Source of the DNA: Candidatus Peribacteria bacterium
GTDB lineage: Bacteria; Patescibacteriota; Gracilibacteria; Peribacterales; Peribacteraceae
NCBI GenBank assembly: GCA_041691135.1
Contig: JBEPVF010000001.1
Span: forward strand, 160,001-224,000
DNA: 64,000 bases
Direction: 5' to 3'
Shown here piece after piece: positions 10,155 through 21,337 of this stretch. The notes under the pieces are model-generated. The model worked only from the letters and a program-made list of their open reading frames with translations. It was not told where the DNA came from and did no database searches. The translations under genes and the position numbers were made by a program. Each line of letters opens with the position of its first letter. The stretch's first letter is position 1.

Positions 10155-10784
10155 TTACAGTCCGTAATTGGCCGGCTCCAGCGCGTGGATTTTACTGACA
10201 GGGAGTGCCACAAACCAGACGCGACCCTTTACTTCGGCGCGACTGACGAACGGCACCGGCTTGCTGTTTCCGTCGATGGCGAAACTGCGCGAATCGTAGC
10301 TACCCTCACGGTTGTCACCCATTACGAAGTATGAGTTGGCCGGCACTTTGTAGCGGACTTCGGACGTATTTTCGGTGCTGGGCGGATTGCGGTAGGTGTG
10401 ACCCAAATTTCGCTGGTTCAAATATTTGGATTCATCCAGCTGAACCTCTTTCGTCGTACCGGCGGCGATCAGATACACATAGCCGTCACGAACGATAATT
10501 TCATCTCCCGGCAAACCGATAATGCGCTTCACGTAATACTTGGATTCATCGTTCGGCGGACGCAGGACGGCAACGTCACCCCGCTGCGGATCGCCGGTGA
10601 TGTACGCGAGTTTATTGATGATGATGTATTCCTTGTCGACCAGCGTATCGAGCATGGAACTTCCCTCAACCTGGAAAGGCGAGACAAGGAAGGTACGAAT
10701 GCCGACTACGATAGCCACAATGACGACGATATTGAAGACGACGTCGAGGATGTGGAACAATATTCCTGGTTCTTTCTCTTGCAT
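10155..10784 (-). CDS. lepB: signal peptidase I
   Basis: GSSMLDTL (Ser), YVKRIIGLPGD (Lys), GDNR..SYDSR boxes. Confidence 0.95.
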   Translation of the reverse strand: MQEKEPGILFHILDVVFNIVVIVAIVVGIRTFLVSPFQVEGSSMLDTLVDKEYIIINKLAYITGDPQRGDVAVLRPPNDESKYYVKRIIGLPGDEIIVRDGYVYLIAAGTTKEVQLDESKYLNQRNLGHTYRNPPSTENTSEVRYKVPANSYFVMGDNREGSYDSRSFAIDGNSKPVPFVSRAEVKGRVWFVALPVSKIHALEPANYGL

Positions 10785-10953
10785 CCTATGCATTGTACGA
10801 ATTTGCGAGGGCATGTACAGGGATCAGGAACGAATTTTCTTTGTAAGCGGGGATCAGTGACCACAACGCCCGGGTGCCGGTTTTTTTCTGTTTTCCGAAC
10901 CCTCCAGAGCTCCGTCCTTTCAATAAACAGCTCCTTCGCGCTACACTGTCTGT

Positions 10954-11589
10954 ATGTTCGAACGATCGTTGTTCCGACAACACCTGGAAGCCGACGAAGA
11001 ATTAATCATGATCGTGCACAAGCACTGGCTGATCGGCGTGCGTGAATTTTTCTGGCCGCTCGTGTCGCTGGTGTGCTCAGGCGTGATTCTGTACGTCGCA
11101 CCGGTAAAAATAGTGCTGTATGTGTTTTTGGTATGGGCTGCCGCATCTGTCATATGGTTCGCGCGCAATTTCTTCGATTACTATCTGGATGCATGGATCA
11201 TCACGAATATCGGCGTGATCGATCTGGCCTGGCACGGGTGGTTCCACCGTCAATCCACGCGCATTCTGTACAGCGACATCCAGGGCGTGACGAACGAGAT
11301 ACAGGGAATACTCAGCACTCTATTCAATTTCGGCAAACTGACGATTGAAAAAATTTCGACCGGTGCGCTGATTTCCTTGGAGCAGGTACCGCATCCCCGC
11401 GACGTGGAAATGATTATTCTCCGCAATATGGAGTCGTACATGCACTCGAAGAATATGAAGAATGCAAAACATGTGCAGGAAATTCTATCCACGTTCATCG
11501 CCGATCAGATTCATGCCGAAAAGACGCCGCCGAAGAAGGAAGAGTCCAAGCCGGTAAAAAAGAAACGGTTCTCCCTCAAAAAAGCATGA
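10954..11589 (+). CDS. membrane protein with bacterial PH-like domain
   Basis: two TM helices followed by WIITN..ID..GWF..IQGV..GIL..LFNFG pattern. Confidence 0.65.
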   Translation: MFERSLFRQHLEADEELIMIVHKHWLIGVREFFWPLVSLVCSGVILYVAPVKIVLYVFLVWAAASVIWFARNFFDYYLDAWIITNIGVIDLAWHGWFHRQSTRILYSDIQGVTNEIQGILSTLFNFGKLTIEKISTGALISLEQVPHPRDVEMIILRNMESYMHSKNMKNAKHVQEILSTFIADQIHAEKTPPKKEESKPVKKKRFSLKKA

Positions 11590-11993
11590 CGCAGATAGTG
11601 GTTGCAATTGTCATTTTCGGAATCGCCGGTGCAGCTCTGATACTTACTTTTCGCAAAAGAAAGCCAAAATTGAGTGCTGCCACGCAACGTGTGCTCCAGC
11701 AACAATGGTCACATGCAACGTCTCTCTCTGATGCGCACGGACGTATTTTGGAAGCGGATAAAGTACTGGATCAACTGCTGGGTGCGATGGGATATCAGGG
11801 ACCTCTGGGCGAAAAGCTGAAGGCAGCCGGACCGCGACTTCCTAATGCAAACGCCGTTTGGACGGCACATAAATTGCGCAACCGTCTGGCACACGAACCG
11901 GGATTCCAACCCTCCGACGGCGAACTCAACCAGGCGATGCGGGCGTTCGAAGTGACACTACGTGCCTTCGTCCCCTTGTCGAGCGGCAGGTAG
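11586..11993 (+). CDS. membrane-anchored HEPN/DUF4145-like protein
   Basis: N-terminal TM; ILEADKVLD, LGEKLK, AHKLRNRLAHE (RxxxxH). Confidence 0.65.
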   Translation: MTQIVVAIVIFGIAGAALILTFRKRKPKLSAATQRVLQQQWSHATSLSDAHGRILEADKVLDQLLGAMGYQGPLGEKLKAAGPRLPNANAVWTAHKLRNRLAHEPGFQPSDGELNQAMRAFEVTLRAFVPLSSGR

Positions 11994-12015
11994 CGAACTA
12001 GCATCAGACTGTCTT

Positions 12016-12564
12016 ATGAAACCCACCCTCGTCGTCATCGGTCTGGGCAATCCGGGCAAGAGCTATGAACGAACGCGTCACAACGCGGGCTTCCTCGCTA
12101 TCGATGCGTTATCCGAGGCATTCGGTGTAGGGGAGTGGGATGAGAAGCAGAAGTTTCAGGCATCGGTTCAGGAGGCGCGTATCGTGACGGTGCCGGTACT
12201 GCTGGTCAAACCCGCTACGTTCATGAACAACTCCGGCGACGCGATTCGCAAGATCGTCGATTTTTACAAGCTCGATCCGGCGGAGCAGATATTAGTATTG
12301 TGCGATGACATCGACTTGCCGCTCGGAGAGTTGCGTTTCCGCAAAAAGGGCGGTCCGGGCACGCATAACGGCCTACGCTCGATCGAGCCAATCTACGGCG
12401 AAACCTACCCGCGCCTGCGCATCGGTCTCGGCACCCGCCCGCCCGAATTTGACCTTGCCGCCTGGGTCCTCAGCGTGCCGACTGATGACGAGAAGAAGGA
12501 ATTAGAGGCAGCTTTTATGAAGGTGCCGGAGGTGGTGAAGGAGTATGTGTTGGGAAAGCACTAG
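12016..12564 (+). CDS. pth: peptidyl-tRNA hydrolase
   Basis: GLGNPG..Y..TRHNAGF, KP.TFMNNSG, DDIDL, HNGLRS motifs. Confidence 0.96.
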   Translation: MKPTLVVIGLGNPGKSYERTRHNAGFLAIDALSEAFGVGEWDEKQKFQASVQEARIVTVPVLLVKPATFMNNSGDAIRKIVDFYKLDPAEQILVLCDDIDLPLGELRFRKKGGPGTHNGLRSIEPIYGETYPRLRIGLGTRPPEFDLAAWVLSVPTDDEKKELEAAFMKVPEVVKEYVLGKH

Positions 12565-12570
12565 TTTGCA

Positions 12571-12683
12571 GGAAACCGAGGAACCTAAGAAACCGAAGAT
12601 CATCATCGGGTTCTTTCTTTTCCACAGATATATCTGACCTCGCTACTTTCGAATCATTGGTTCCATTGGCTGCCTCGATTTTC
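12571..12683. repeat. 9-mer-periodic degenerate inverted repeat
   Basis: GAAACCGAG-GAACCTAAG-AAACCGAAG vs CATTGGTTC-CATTGGCTG-CCTCGATTT. Confidence 0.45.
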
Positions 12684-12736
12684 TCAAAAGGACCGGCTTC
12701 CCGGTCCCCTGAGTGTTCTTTCCAAAGCTATCTGGA

Positions 12737-15700
12737 TCAAATGAAGAATCTCTTTCCGAAGTATCCTGCGAATCCGATGCCCGAGAGCATCACCGTCCAG
12801 AGTGTCATCGGCAGAGCGTTGCCGTTCGTTGCACTGTGGAACGGAGTGAGGAAGGCAGAGGTATCTTCGAGTGGCGATGTACCGTCGCCGGCTCCCGTTT
12901 GTGGCAAGTGTTCGATGATACGCACTGTAGCCGATCCGCCAAGCGTACCGTGATCAGATGTCATCGTAGCGGTGTTCGTCACCGAATCACCGTGATGGAG
13001 CTGAGGACTGAGAGTGCCGGTGTAGCGGATGATGCGACTCTCGCCCGGCGCAAGGACGCCAAGGTCCCAATTGATCGTACCGCCGCCGACTGAGCCGCCA
13101 TCCACATCCTGCATCGTGACCTTGCTGGGATCGAAGGCATCATTCAGCTGGATATCCGAGATCGAATCAGACGTGCTGTTACGAATGGTAATCGTGTACA
13201 CAATGCGGTCGCCCGGCTGTGCTTCGTAGCGGTCAGCTTGCTTGCTGAAGGTCAAGTTACCGGTGAATTGCTCGCTGCTGCTGGACGACTCGCCAGCCAC
13301 TACATCGGTATCCTCGGTTGCAGTCGCATTGTCGACAGTCGCGCGCAAACGCAATGTATCACCGTCCTGTTCATCTTTGTTCACTTTCACCTTGAGCGTG
13401 AACGTCTGATCCGAATCAGCATCGATGCTGATGTTGCGCCACTCGACACGACCGGTGCTGGCCTCGTCGCCGTTGTCGGATGCGTCATCGAAATCCGTAT
13501 TGTCATCGAGTGTTGCACGAAGCGTAAGGCCATTCACCGGACGACTGGAACGATTGGACACGCGAAGCTTGTAAGTAAGGATGTCGCCAGGACTTACCGG
13601 ATCCGGCTTGTCGGTGATATCGAGACCGATGTCAGGGGTCGTACCATCACTGTTCAACTGCACCGTATCGTTCACCGACGTATTGCAGGCAGTGACCGTG
13701 CTGAGCAGGATGTCGTCGGCGGTTACGTCGGAATCCAGACGAGCCTGAACACTGAAGAACTTCGTTTCGTTGGCAGCGAACAAGAGGTTGTTCCAGGTAA
13801 CCACTCCGTTACCGGCCAGTGAGCCGCCGTTATCGGCGAAGTTGAAGCGTGTGCGGCTAGGCAGGATCTGCGTCACCGTGATCTGATTCGATGCGTTACT
13901 GAGGTTCATCACTCGCAACTGGTACGTGAGCATATCATTGCCGATCGGATTGCTCGGATAGTGGGTGACCGATACGGAACACTGATTGTTATTGCCAGAC
14001 GTAGTCTGAATTGTAGTCGTGTCGGTAGCACTCGGACCGTTCGAGATTTGAGCCGTGTTCGTGATGACCGCATTGTTGTTGCTCTGACTGTCACTCACAC
14101 GCGCCTGCAACGAGAGTGTCAGGCTGCTATTGGCATTGATCGTCAGATTGTTCCACGTGACGGTCTGGCCGTTGATCGTGCCGTTGTTTGAGGAACTAAC
14201 GTAGGTGAGATACTGACTGGGCAGAACATCCGTCACCGTCACATTGTTCATGGCGGCAGATGAACTATTCGTCAGCGTGATCTGATAATTCAACGTGTCG
14301 CTTGGAGTGACTGTAGTACGATTATCCGTCTTGGTGATCGAAAGACCGCCACCCGTCACCACCTGACGATTCTTGAATATGACACTGGCACAGCTGCCTC
14401 CAGCTGACACATTCACCGTACCGTTGTCGGGAGTCACATTGAACTGCGTCCAACCCGACTGTGACGTTTCCGTTACCGTGTGGGAACCCACCGGAACATT
14501 CGTGAACTGTGCATTGCCGTTGGCATCGTTCGTAGCCGTCTGATTGTTATCCAATCGGAAGCTGAACTGAGGAACCGTGGAGATGCGGTTGTTGTTGGCG
14601 TCGTAGACTTCCTTGGAGATATTCACGCAACCGGTCTGATTGACGACGTTCACCGTCGTCGTATCGGTTGCCTGCTGGTTCGCTACCGTCGCCGTGTTGA
14701 TGATCTGCGTTCCATTGGCGGCATTCGACGCGATGCGCGCCTGCACTGTCAGCGTCTTGCTGGCATTGGCACCGAGTGAACCGATCGTCCAAGTGAGCGA
14801 GTTGCCGTTGACCGATGGGTTATCGGAAGCGTTCTGGTAGCTAAGCTGGCTCGGAAGTGTATCGGAGACCGTGACATTGCTTGCTGCCACATTTGAAGTA
14901 TTCGTTACCGTGATCTGGTAGTTGAGGACATCGTTCGGCTGCGCCGTTGTCTGATTGTCCGTCTTCGAAATGCTGAAGGTCGGGTTCTGAACACATTGGA
15001 CACTCGTCTGGAACGTATTCGAGCTTACCGTATTGATGCCAGTTCCCTGAACAGTCGCCGTGTTCGAGACGGTTGCATTGCATTGAACGTTAGACGCAGT
15101 AAAGACGAGAGCAATGGTACGATTCTGACCTACATTGAGCGTACCAAGGTTACACGTCACAGCACCACCATTGACCTGACAACCGGAATCCGACGACTGG
15201 AATGTAAGGCCGGATGGGATCTGATCGCTGACGACAACGTTCTGCACTGCAGACTGTCCGCTGTTGGCGACGACAATCGTGTAGTTGATCGTGCCGTTCT
15301 GAGTAACCGTCGTCGATCCGCTCTTATTGATCGTCAACTGACCAGGCAGACATTGCACCGTCGTCTGAACCGTATTCGAGTTGACCGTATTGATACCAGC
15401 CGCCTGAGCCGCAGCCGTGTTCGTCACGGTTGCATTACATTGGACGCTGGATGCCGTGAAGGTGAGATTGACGGTCCGGCTCTGGTTGGGATTAAGCGCA
15501 CCAATGTTGCAGGTGACCGTGCCACCGTACGTGGTACAACCAGAGTCCGAGGTCTGGAACGAAAGGCCGGATGGGATCTGATCGCTGACCACAACATTCT
15601 GCACTGCAGACTGTCCACTGTTCGTCACGACGATGCTGTAATTGATCGTGCCGTTCTGGCTCACGGTCGACTGCTGGACTGATTTGGTGATAGACAGCTG

Positions 15701-18700
15701 ACCAGGCTGACATTGGACATTGGTTTGTACCTGATTGCTTGCGATCGAATTGATGCCCGTTGCCTGCACGCTGGCTGTGTTCACAATGGATGTGTTGCAT
15801 TGCGCATTAGCGTCAACCGTGAAACTTACATTGATCGTCCGGGTTTGACCGGCATTAATCGTACCGAGATTGCAGGTGAGGGTACCGGCGTAACTGGTGC
15901 AACCGGAATCATTCGACTGATAGTTGAGTCCATTCGGAATTTGATCCGTCACCAGAACGTTCTGAACGGGGGATTGACCGTTGTTCGTGACGACAATGGT
16001 GTAGTTCACCGTTCCGCCGCGGCTGGCTGACGATTGCTGAACCGACTTGGAAATGGTGAGGTTACCCGGGTTGCATTGCACCGTCGTTTGCGTCTGGTTG
16101 CTGCCCACGGGTGCCATACCTGCGGCCGTCGCCATGGCAGTGTTGTAGATCGTCGCATTGCATTGAGCCTGAGACGAAACCTGGAAGTTCAGCGCCAGCG
16201 TCGCCTTCTGTCCAGCATCGATCGATGTCACGTTGCACGTGAGCGTCGAGCCTTGCATCGAACAGCGTCCATCGGATGACTGCGATACGAAGGTGAGACC
16301 CGCAGGAACCTGGTCGGTTACAACCACATTCTGTGCAGACGCCTGACCGTTATTGCTCACTTCGATTGAGTAGAAAAGCGTGCCGCCAGCGGCGACCGTC
16401 GACTGTGGCGTCGACTTGGTGATCGACAGGATGGCCGGGTTGCATTGCACCGTCGACTGAGCCGGATTGCTCTGAATCTGATTGATGTTATCGGCACTGA
16501 CCGATGCGTAGTTTACGACTGAAGCATTACAGGCAGCCGTATCGTTGACATGGAATGCGAGGTTGATGGTCTTCGTTTGACCGGCGGCCAACGAAGGAAC
16601 CGTGCAAGTGACGGTCGACGAACTGGAAGAACAATTGGGATCCGACGAATTCAGAAAGCCAAGACCGGAAGGAATCTGGTCCGTGATAACGACATTCGTA
16701 GCGGCCGTCTGACCATTATTCGTCACGACGATGCCGAAGTTGAGCGTGCCGTTGCGATTGATCGTCGTCTGAGCAGTCGACTTGGTGATCGACAACTGAG
16801 CGGCAGAGCAGCTCACGACCGATTGCACTTCGTTGCTCTGTACCGGCGTATCGCCACCGGCACGAACCTGTGCGACGTTCTTGATCTGCGAAGCACAAGC
16901 CATCGTCTGCGGAACAAGTATGCGGAACGAGACGGTCTGCGACTGTCCGGCCGCAATATCATTAAGCGTGCAAGTCACGACATCACCCGCAAGGTGACAG
17001 TTCTGACTGGCGTCGACGAACTGCGTACCTGCAGGGACTTCATCTGTAATAACCACGGCCTGCGCCGTCGACTGGCCGTCATTGCGGGCAGTCAGGTTGT
17101 ACGTGATGTAGCCGCCGCGACTGACGTTCAGATCGGCTGTCGTCTTGATGATCGTGAGTTTCGAGGGCTGACAGGTCACCGTCACTTGAGAGGGATTGCT
17201 GGTGAAGTCCGTATTGTTGGCACGTACCGTTGCCGTATTTGTAATGGCGCTGTTGCACTGAGCCGTGTCCGTCACTTTAAAGGTGAGGAATACTTCGGCG
17301 CCTCCTCCGGAAACAATATCACCGAATTGATCACATAGAACCTGCGTACCGCTGAGGTGGCACGATGCTCCATTGCGAGTACCGACGAATGTCATACCTT
17401 GCGGCACCGTATCGGTCAGAACAACGTTCGTAGCCGAACCGCGGCCGATGGCATTCGTAAAGGCAATACGGTATCCAACCTCCTCACCACGATTGGCCGT
17501 CAGTTTGCTGGCCTCTTTGGTCACCGTGATCTGTGCCGACTGACAATTGACGGTTACGGTTGCAGGCTGACTCAGAACCGATGCGACACCTATCGCTTCG
17601 GCACGGGCAGTGTTCTGGATCGGCACATTGCATTGGACGTTAGCGGATGGCACGAAGGTAAGGTTAAGCGTGCGTGTCTCGACACTGTTGAGCGTCCCCA
17701 CCGTGCAAACGACATCTCCGCTCTGCTGCGAACAATTGGAATCAGACGACTGGTACGTGAGTCCCGTCGGCACCTGATCTCTGACGATCACATTTTGTGC
17801 GGCGGACTGTGAATGATTGATGACGCGAATTTGGTACGTGACCGATTCGTTCTGATTGATATTCGGCTTTGATGCAGTCTTCTCCACTTGGAGCACAGGT
17901 GCCGAGCAGCGAACAGCCACCGTGGCCGGGAAACTCGTCACTTCATCGAGACCATCGGCGCGAACGTGGGCCTTGTTCAGGATATTGCCGTCGCAAGGAG
18001 CGGAGGGATCGACACGGAAAACCAGATTAACCGTACGCGTCTGACTCATTTGCAGCGCATCAAGCGTGCAGACCACATTGGTATTGTTGAGTACGCAGCC
18101 GCTGTCGGATGACTGGAAAGTAAGACCGGCCGGCACCTCGTCCGTCACAACGACATTGGCAGCTGTCGATTCACCTGCATTTGTCACCTGGATGGCGTAA
18201 CTGATGGTTCCGTTGATGCTCACTTCGGTCTGCTGCGGCGTCTTGGTGATGCGCAATGACGGAGGATTGCATTTGACGGTCGTTTGCGCGGAGTTGCTGG
18301 TAATGGAGGCAATGCCTGTGGCTGCAACCGTCGCCGTGTTGGTGATGATCTGTTCACATGCAGCCGTATTCTTGGCTTGGAAGATCATGTTCACCATTTG
18401 GCTTTGATGTGCTGGCAGCGTATTGAGGTAACACGTGACTGTTGTTCCGTTCGACGTACAACCGCTATCTGACGACTGGAAGATGGCTCCGTCGGGAATG
18501 GTATCGGCCACAACGACGTTCTGTGCAGCCGTCTGACCTTTGTTGTCGATGCGAATTGCGTAGTAGATAAGACCCGTCGGACTGATGATCGATTGCGGAG
18601 TGGACTTCACAATTTCCAGCTGCGCCGGACTGCACACCACGTTGGTAAAGGCATTGTTGCTGAGAACAGAACTCGGATTACCTGCGAAGGTCACCGACGC

Positions 18701-21337
18701 CTGGTTGGTGATGACAATGTCACACTGTGCATCGCCGGCGATATTGAAGTTAAGAACAACAGACCGCGCCTGACCGCTGCTGAGGGAGCCGAGCGGACAA
18801 CTGATGGTCGTTCCGTTCAGATAACAGCTGCTGTCTGACGACTGATACAGAAGACCGTTAGGAATAGTGTCGTTTAGGACAACGCTGTCGGCTGTTCCCT
18901 GACCGTTGTTAGTCACTTCGATACGGTACGACACGTGGTCACCCTGAGAACCGCTGGTCTGTAACGCGGTTTTGATGACGCTGATGTTTGGAGTCTGACA
19001 TTCAACGTTCGTCTTCACCTGCTGACTCATCACATACGAAGCGTTGGTTGCCTGAGCGGAAGCGGAGTTGCTGAGTATCGTGTTGCAGCCGACGATCGTC
19101 GGTACCGAAAACGTCAGAGTGAGATTCTTCGATTGACCGGCGGCCAAATCAAAACCGCCGCAAGTCACCTGACCTGCTGTAACGGTACATAAGGCATCGG
19201 AAGACTGAGGAACGTACTGCAGTCCATAGGGGAACAAGTCCACAAGTTGTACGTTTTTCGCGGTGACCGATCCTCCGTTTGTCACAACGATGTTGTACGA
19301 AACATTTCCGCTCAGCGGTATGGACGACGGTCCGGACTTGCTGACACTCAACGAAGTTGTTGATTGCGGACAGTTCACCGGCGTCTGCACCGAACTGACG
19401 TTGTTGGATGAATTGGTATCCTGCATGCCCGTTACGGACACCGTGGCTGTATTCTGAATAGTCGATGTGCAGAACGAATCGCCGTCATTGGCAACGTCTT
19501 TGGTCTTGAAGGCAACCATAAAGGTGCGTGACTGTCCGGCGCCCAGATTGGAACCCGTACAGATGACATTCGAGCCCTGCTGCGAACAGTTGACGATATC
19601 TGAACCGTAATTACTGAAGGTAAGGTTGGCCGGAATAGCATCGGTAACCGTGAAAGCCGGTACCGTGACTGATCCGTTGTTCGTCACCACAAGGGTGTAG
19701 ATCGCCGTGTCGCCGGCGCGGACAGCTGAAGGACCGGTCTTGATGACCGACAGATCCGTCGTATTCGCCTTCACGTTCACCGTCGTACCACACACATTGC
19801 TTCCTATCTGCGTACCGTTCTTCGTGATTTTTGTCGCCACGATGTACTGGCCCGCTACCAGATTACTGGTGTTCGTGAACGGATAATTCACCGTCACCGT
19901 GTCGCCAGGTTTCACATCGTTCGGCAATGTCATTGTTACCGACATGCCCGGCATAGGCGTGACTCCAGAGAAGGAAGCTTGTTCGATGCGGAAACCTGTA
20001 CCGGCAGTCCATGTCGTATCGCCGGTGTTCTTCCAAGTGATGCGAGCGGTAAGTGGATCGCCAATTGCGATGTTGTACGGACCTTCGGTCTGCTGACACA
20101 GTGCGTTGTCCGTTAACTGGGGAGCGGCAACCGTAATCTGCTTCGTACACTTCTGACCGATCCATGCCACGCCTTCGTGACCCATCGACCAGTCGAACGA
20201 ATAAGTTCCGGGTGTAGAAGGAGCGCGGAACGGCCACTGTAATTGCACGGACTCATTCGGTGCCACATCATGTGGCAACGGCACGCGACTGCCATTGAAG
20301 ACGACGTTGTTATCAGGATCTCTCGAACCGAGCTTGTAGGCATGGGCATCATAGACGCCTCCGCCAGCGATCCATTTTTCCGTTCCCGTATTCTGCACAT
20401 TGAACATGGCCTGGAACTGCTGTCCTGGCTGCAATACATCCGGTGCGATGATCTGACACGTGGCGTTGGCTTGGGTCTGTTGGACGCAGTAATTAGCAGC
20501 CGTCGAAACGCTACCGAGGATGATATTCGGTACACCGTTTTTTAAGGACTGCGGCGCGTCACCGTAGAACAGGTCGACTTGGTAGTTACAAGGTGGAAGA
20601 TCTGCCTTTACGGTGGCGCTCTTGTGTCCCCACACCGTCACTTTGTCCGATGCGTCATAGAAAATCTGCGTCGTAATATCCGGCAAGGGATTCTGCATTT
20701 TGTAAGCTGCAGCGATAATCGGGAACGAGCAGCCGGTGTCGTTGGTCACCGTGTACGTGCCGGTAAGCACATTCTGATCGACCTTGATCAGACCGCTATG
20801 CCAAAAATCCAGCACCTGCTGGTACGACAACGGCGACGTGCATGTCGGCGGATGCGGACAGGCCGGCGTGGCTGTATTCACCATGTTCGTCGTAATTGAA
20901 ACCGGCGTTACATAGTTACCACCACCCTGCTGACCCCTTCTACCCGAAAAACTGGCCTGAAAGCTGGAATTCAGCCCACATTGGTTATTTGCTGTAAAAT
21001 TCAGACGAATAAGCGCGGTATGCGTATTGTGAAAAGCCGTAACCGGGCAGGACACGATTCCGTTCTGGGCCGTACAGGTGGCCGTTCCCAAATCCGAAAC
21101 TGAGGAGCCAGACACAAAAGTCATTCCATTTGGCACATTTGCTACCAATTGACCAAATGCAATCGGTCCTATGGCATTATTGGTGATACTCACCTGGTAT
21201 GTGGCTGTGCCCCCAGCGCTTACGGAAGCCGGACCAGAAACAGTGGATGACAAATTGCTCGCGGCACTGGCAGTCGAAACTGCTGAAAATGCAACGCCCA
21301 CGGTGACTATCAATGTGGCAAGGAAACGGTTTCTCAT
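12737..21337 (-). CDS. giant DUF11-repeat surface adhesin with NBR1-Ig-like domains and LPQTG-TM tail
   Basis: signal peptide; ~19 repeats of L.I.K...Y.I.VTN.G...A.NV.V.D.IP.GL.F...NTA; NTGTEKW/NTGDTTW domains; C-terminal LPQTG, hydrophobic helix, KR. Confidence 0.9.
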   Translation of the reverse strand: MRNRFLATLIVTVGVAFSAVSTASAASNLSSTVSGPASVSAGGTATYQVSITNNAIGPIAFGQLVANVPNGMTFVSGSSVSDLGTATCTAQNGIVSCPVTAFHNTHTALIRLNFTANNQCGLNSSFQASFSGRRGQQGGGNYVTPVSITTNMVNTATPACPHPPTCTSPLSYQQVLDFWHSGLIKVDQNVLTGTYTVTNDTGCSFPIIAAAYKMQNPLPDITTQIFYDASDKVTVWGHKSATVKADLPPCNYQVDLFYGDAPQSLKNGVPNIILGSVSTAANYCVQQTQANATCQIIAPDVLQPGQQFQAMFNVQNTGTEKWIAGGGVYDAHAYKLGSRDPDNNVVFNGSRVPLPHDVAPNESVQLQWPFRAPSTPGTYSFDWSMGHEGVAWIGQKCTKQITVAAPQLTDNALCQQTEGPYNIAIGDPLTARITWKNTGDTTWTAGTGFRIEQASFSGVTPMPGMSVTMTLPNDVKPGDTVTVNYPFTNTSNLVAGQYIVATKITKNGTQIGSNVCGTTVNVKANTTDLSVIKTGPSAVRAGDTAIYTLVVTNNGSVTVPAFTVTDAIPANLTFSNYGSDIVNCSQQGSNVICTGSNLGAGQSRTFMVAFKTKDVANDGDSFCTSTIQNTATVSVTGMQDTNSSNNVSSVQTPVNCPQSTTSLSVSKSGPSSIPLSGNVSYNIVVTNGGSVTAKNVQLVDLFPYGLQYVPQSSDALCTVTAGQVTCGGFDLAAGQSKNLTLTFSVPTIVGCNTILSNSASAQATNASYVMSQQVKTNVECQTPNISVIKTALQTSGSQGDHVSYRIEVTNNGQGTADSVVLNDTIPNGLLYQSSDSSCYLNGTTISCPLGSLSSGQARSVVLNFNIAGDAQCDIVITNQASVTFAGNPSSVLSNNAFTNVVCSPAQLEIVKSTPQSIISPTGLIYYAIRIDNKGQTAAQNVVVADTIPDGAIFQSSDSGCTSNGTTVTCYLNTLPAHQSQMVNMIFQAKNTAACEQIITNTATVAATGIASITSNSAQTTVKCNPPSLRITKTPQQTEVSINGTISYAIQVTNAGESTAANVVVTDEVPAGLTFQSSDSGCVLNNTNVVCTLDALQMSQTRTVNLVFRVDPSAPCDGNILNKAHVRADGLDEVTSFPATVAVRCSAPVLQVEKTASKPNINQNESVTYQIRVINHSQSAAQNVIVRDQVPTGLTYQSSDSNCSQQSGDVVCTVGTLNSVETRTLNLTFVPSANVQCNVPIQNTARAEAIGVASVLSQPATVTVNCQSAQITVTKEASKLTANRGEEVGYRIAFTNAIGRGSATNVVLTDTVPQGMTFVGTRNGASCHLSGTQVLCDQFGDIVSGGGAEVFLTFKVTDTAQCNSAITNTATVRANNTDFTSNPSQVTVTCQPSKLTIIKTTADLNVSRGGYITYNLTARNDGQSTAQAVVITDEVPAGTQFVDASQNCHLAGDVVTCTLNDIAAGQSQTVSFRILVPQTMACASQIKNVAQVRAGGDTPVQSNEVQSVVSCSAAQLSITKSTAQTTINRNGTLNFGIVVTNNGQTAATNVVITDQIPSGLGFLNSSDPNCSSSSSTVTCTVPSLAAGQTKTINLAFHVNDTAACNASVVNYASVSADNINQIQSNPAQSTVQCNPAILSITKSTPQSTVAAGGTLFYSIEVSNNGQASAQNVVVTDQVPAGLTFVSQSSDGRCSMQGSTLTCNVTSIDAGQKATLALNFQVSSQAQCNATIYNTAMATAAGMAPVGSNQTQTTVQCNPGNLTISKSVQQSSASRGGTVNYTIVVTNNGQSPVQNVLVTDQIPNGLNYQSNDSGCTSYAGTLTCNLGTINAGQTRTINVSFTVDANAQCNTSIVNTASVQATGINSIASNQVQTNVQCQPGQLSITKSVQQSTVSQNGTINYSIVVTNSGQSAVQNVVVSDQIPSGLSFQTSDSGCTTYGGTVTCNIGALNPNQSRTVNLTFTASSVQCNATVTNTAAAQAAGINTVNSNTVQTTVQCLPGQLTINKSGSTTVTQNGTINYTIVVANSGQSAVQNVVVSDQIPSGLTFQSSDSGCQVNGGAVTCNLGTLNVGQNRTIALVFTASNVQCNATVSNTATVQGTGINTVSSNTFQTSVQCVQNPTFSISKTDNQTTAQPNDVLNYQITVTNTSNVAASNVTVSDTLPSQLSYQNASDNPSVNGNSLTWTIGSLGANASKTLTVQARIASNAANGTQIINTATVANQQATDTTTVNVVNQTGCVNISKEVYDANNNRISTVPQFSFRLDNNQTATNDANGNAQFTNVPVGSHTVTETSQSGWTQFNVTPDNGTVNVSAGGSCASVIFKNRQVVTGGGLSITKTDNRTTVTPSDTLNYQITLTNSSSAAMNNVTVTDVLPSQYLTYVSSSNNGTINGQTVTWNNLTINANSSLTLSLQARVSDSQSNNNAVITNTAQISNGPSATDTTTIQTTSGNNNQCSVSVTHYPSNPIGNDMLTYQLRVMNLSNASNQITVTQILPSRTRFNFADNGGSLAGNGVVTWNNLLFAANETKFFSVQARLDSDVTADDILLSTVTACNTSVNDTVQLNSDGTTPDIGLDITDKPDPVSPGDILTYKLRVSNRSSRPVNGLTLRATLDDNTDFDDASDNGDEASTGRVEWRNISIDADSDQTFTLKVKVNKDEQDGDTLRLRATVDNATATEDTDVVAGESSSSSEQFTGNLTFSKQADRYEAQPGDRIVYTITIRNSTSDSISDIQLNDAFDPSKVTMQDVDGGSVGGGTINWDLGVLAPGESRIIRYTGTLSPQLHHGDSVTNTATMTSDHGTLGGSATVRIIEHLPQTGAGDGTSPLEDTSAFLTPFHSATNGNALPMTLWTVMLSGIGFAGYFGKRFFI

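Noticed and set aside
15000-16500. CRISPR-like direct repeats
   Set aside because: The repeats are in-frame DUF11 domain duplications about 360 bp apart; no short repeat-spacer array or cas genes.
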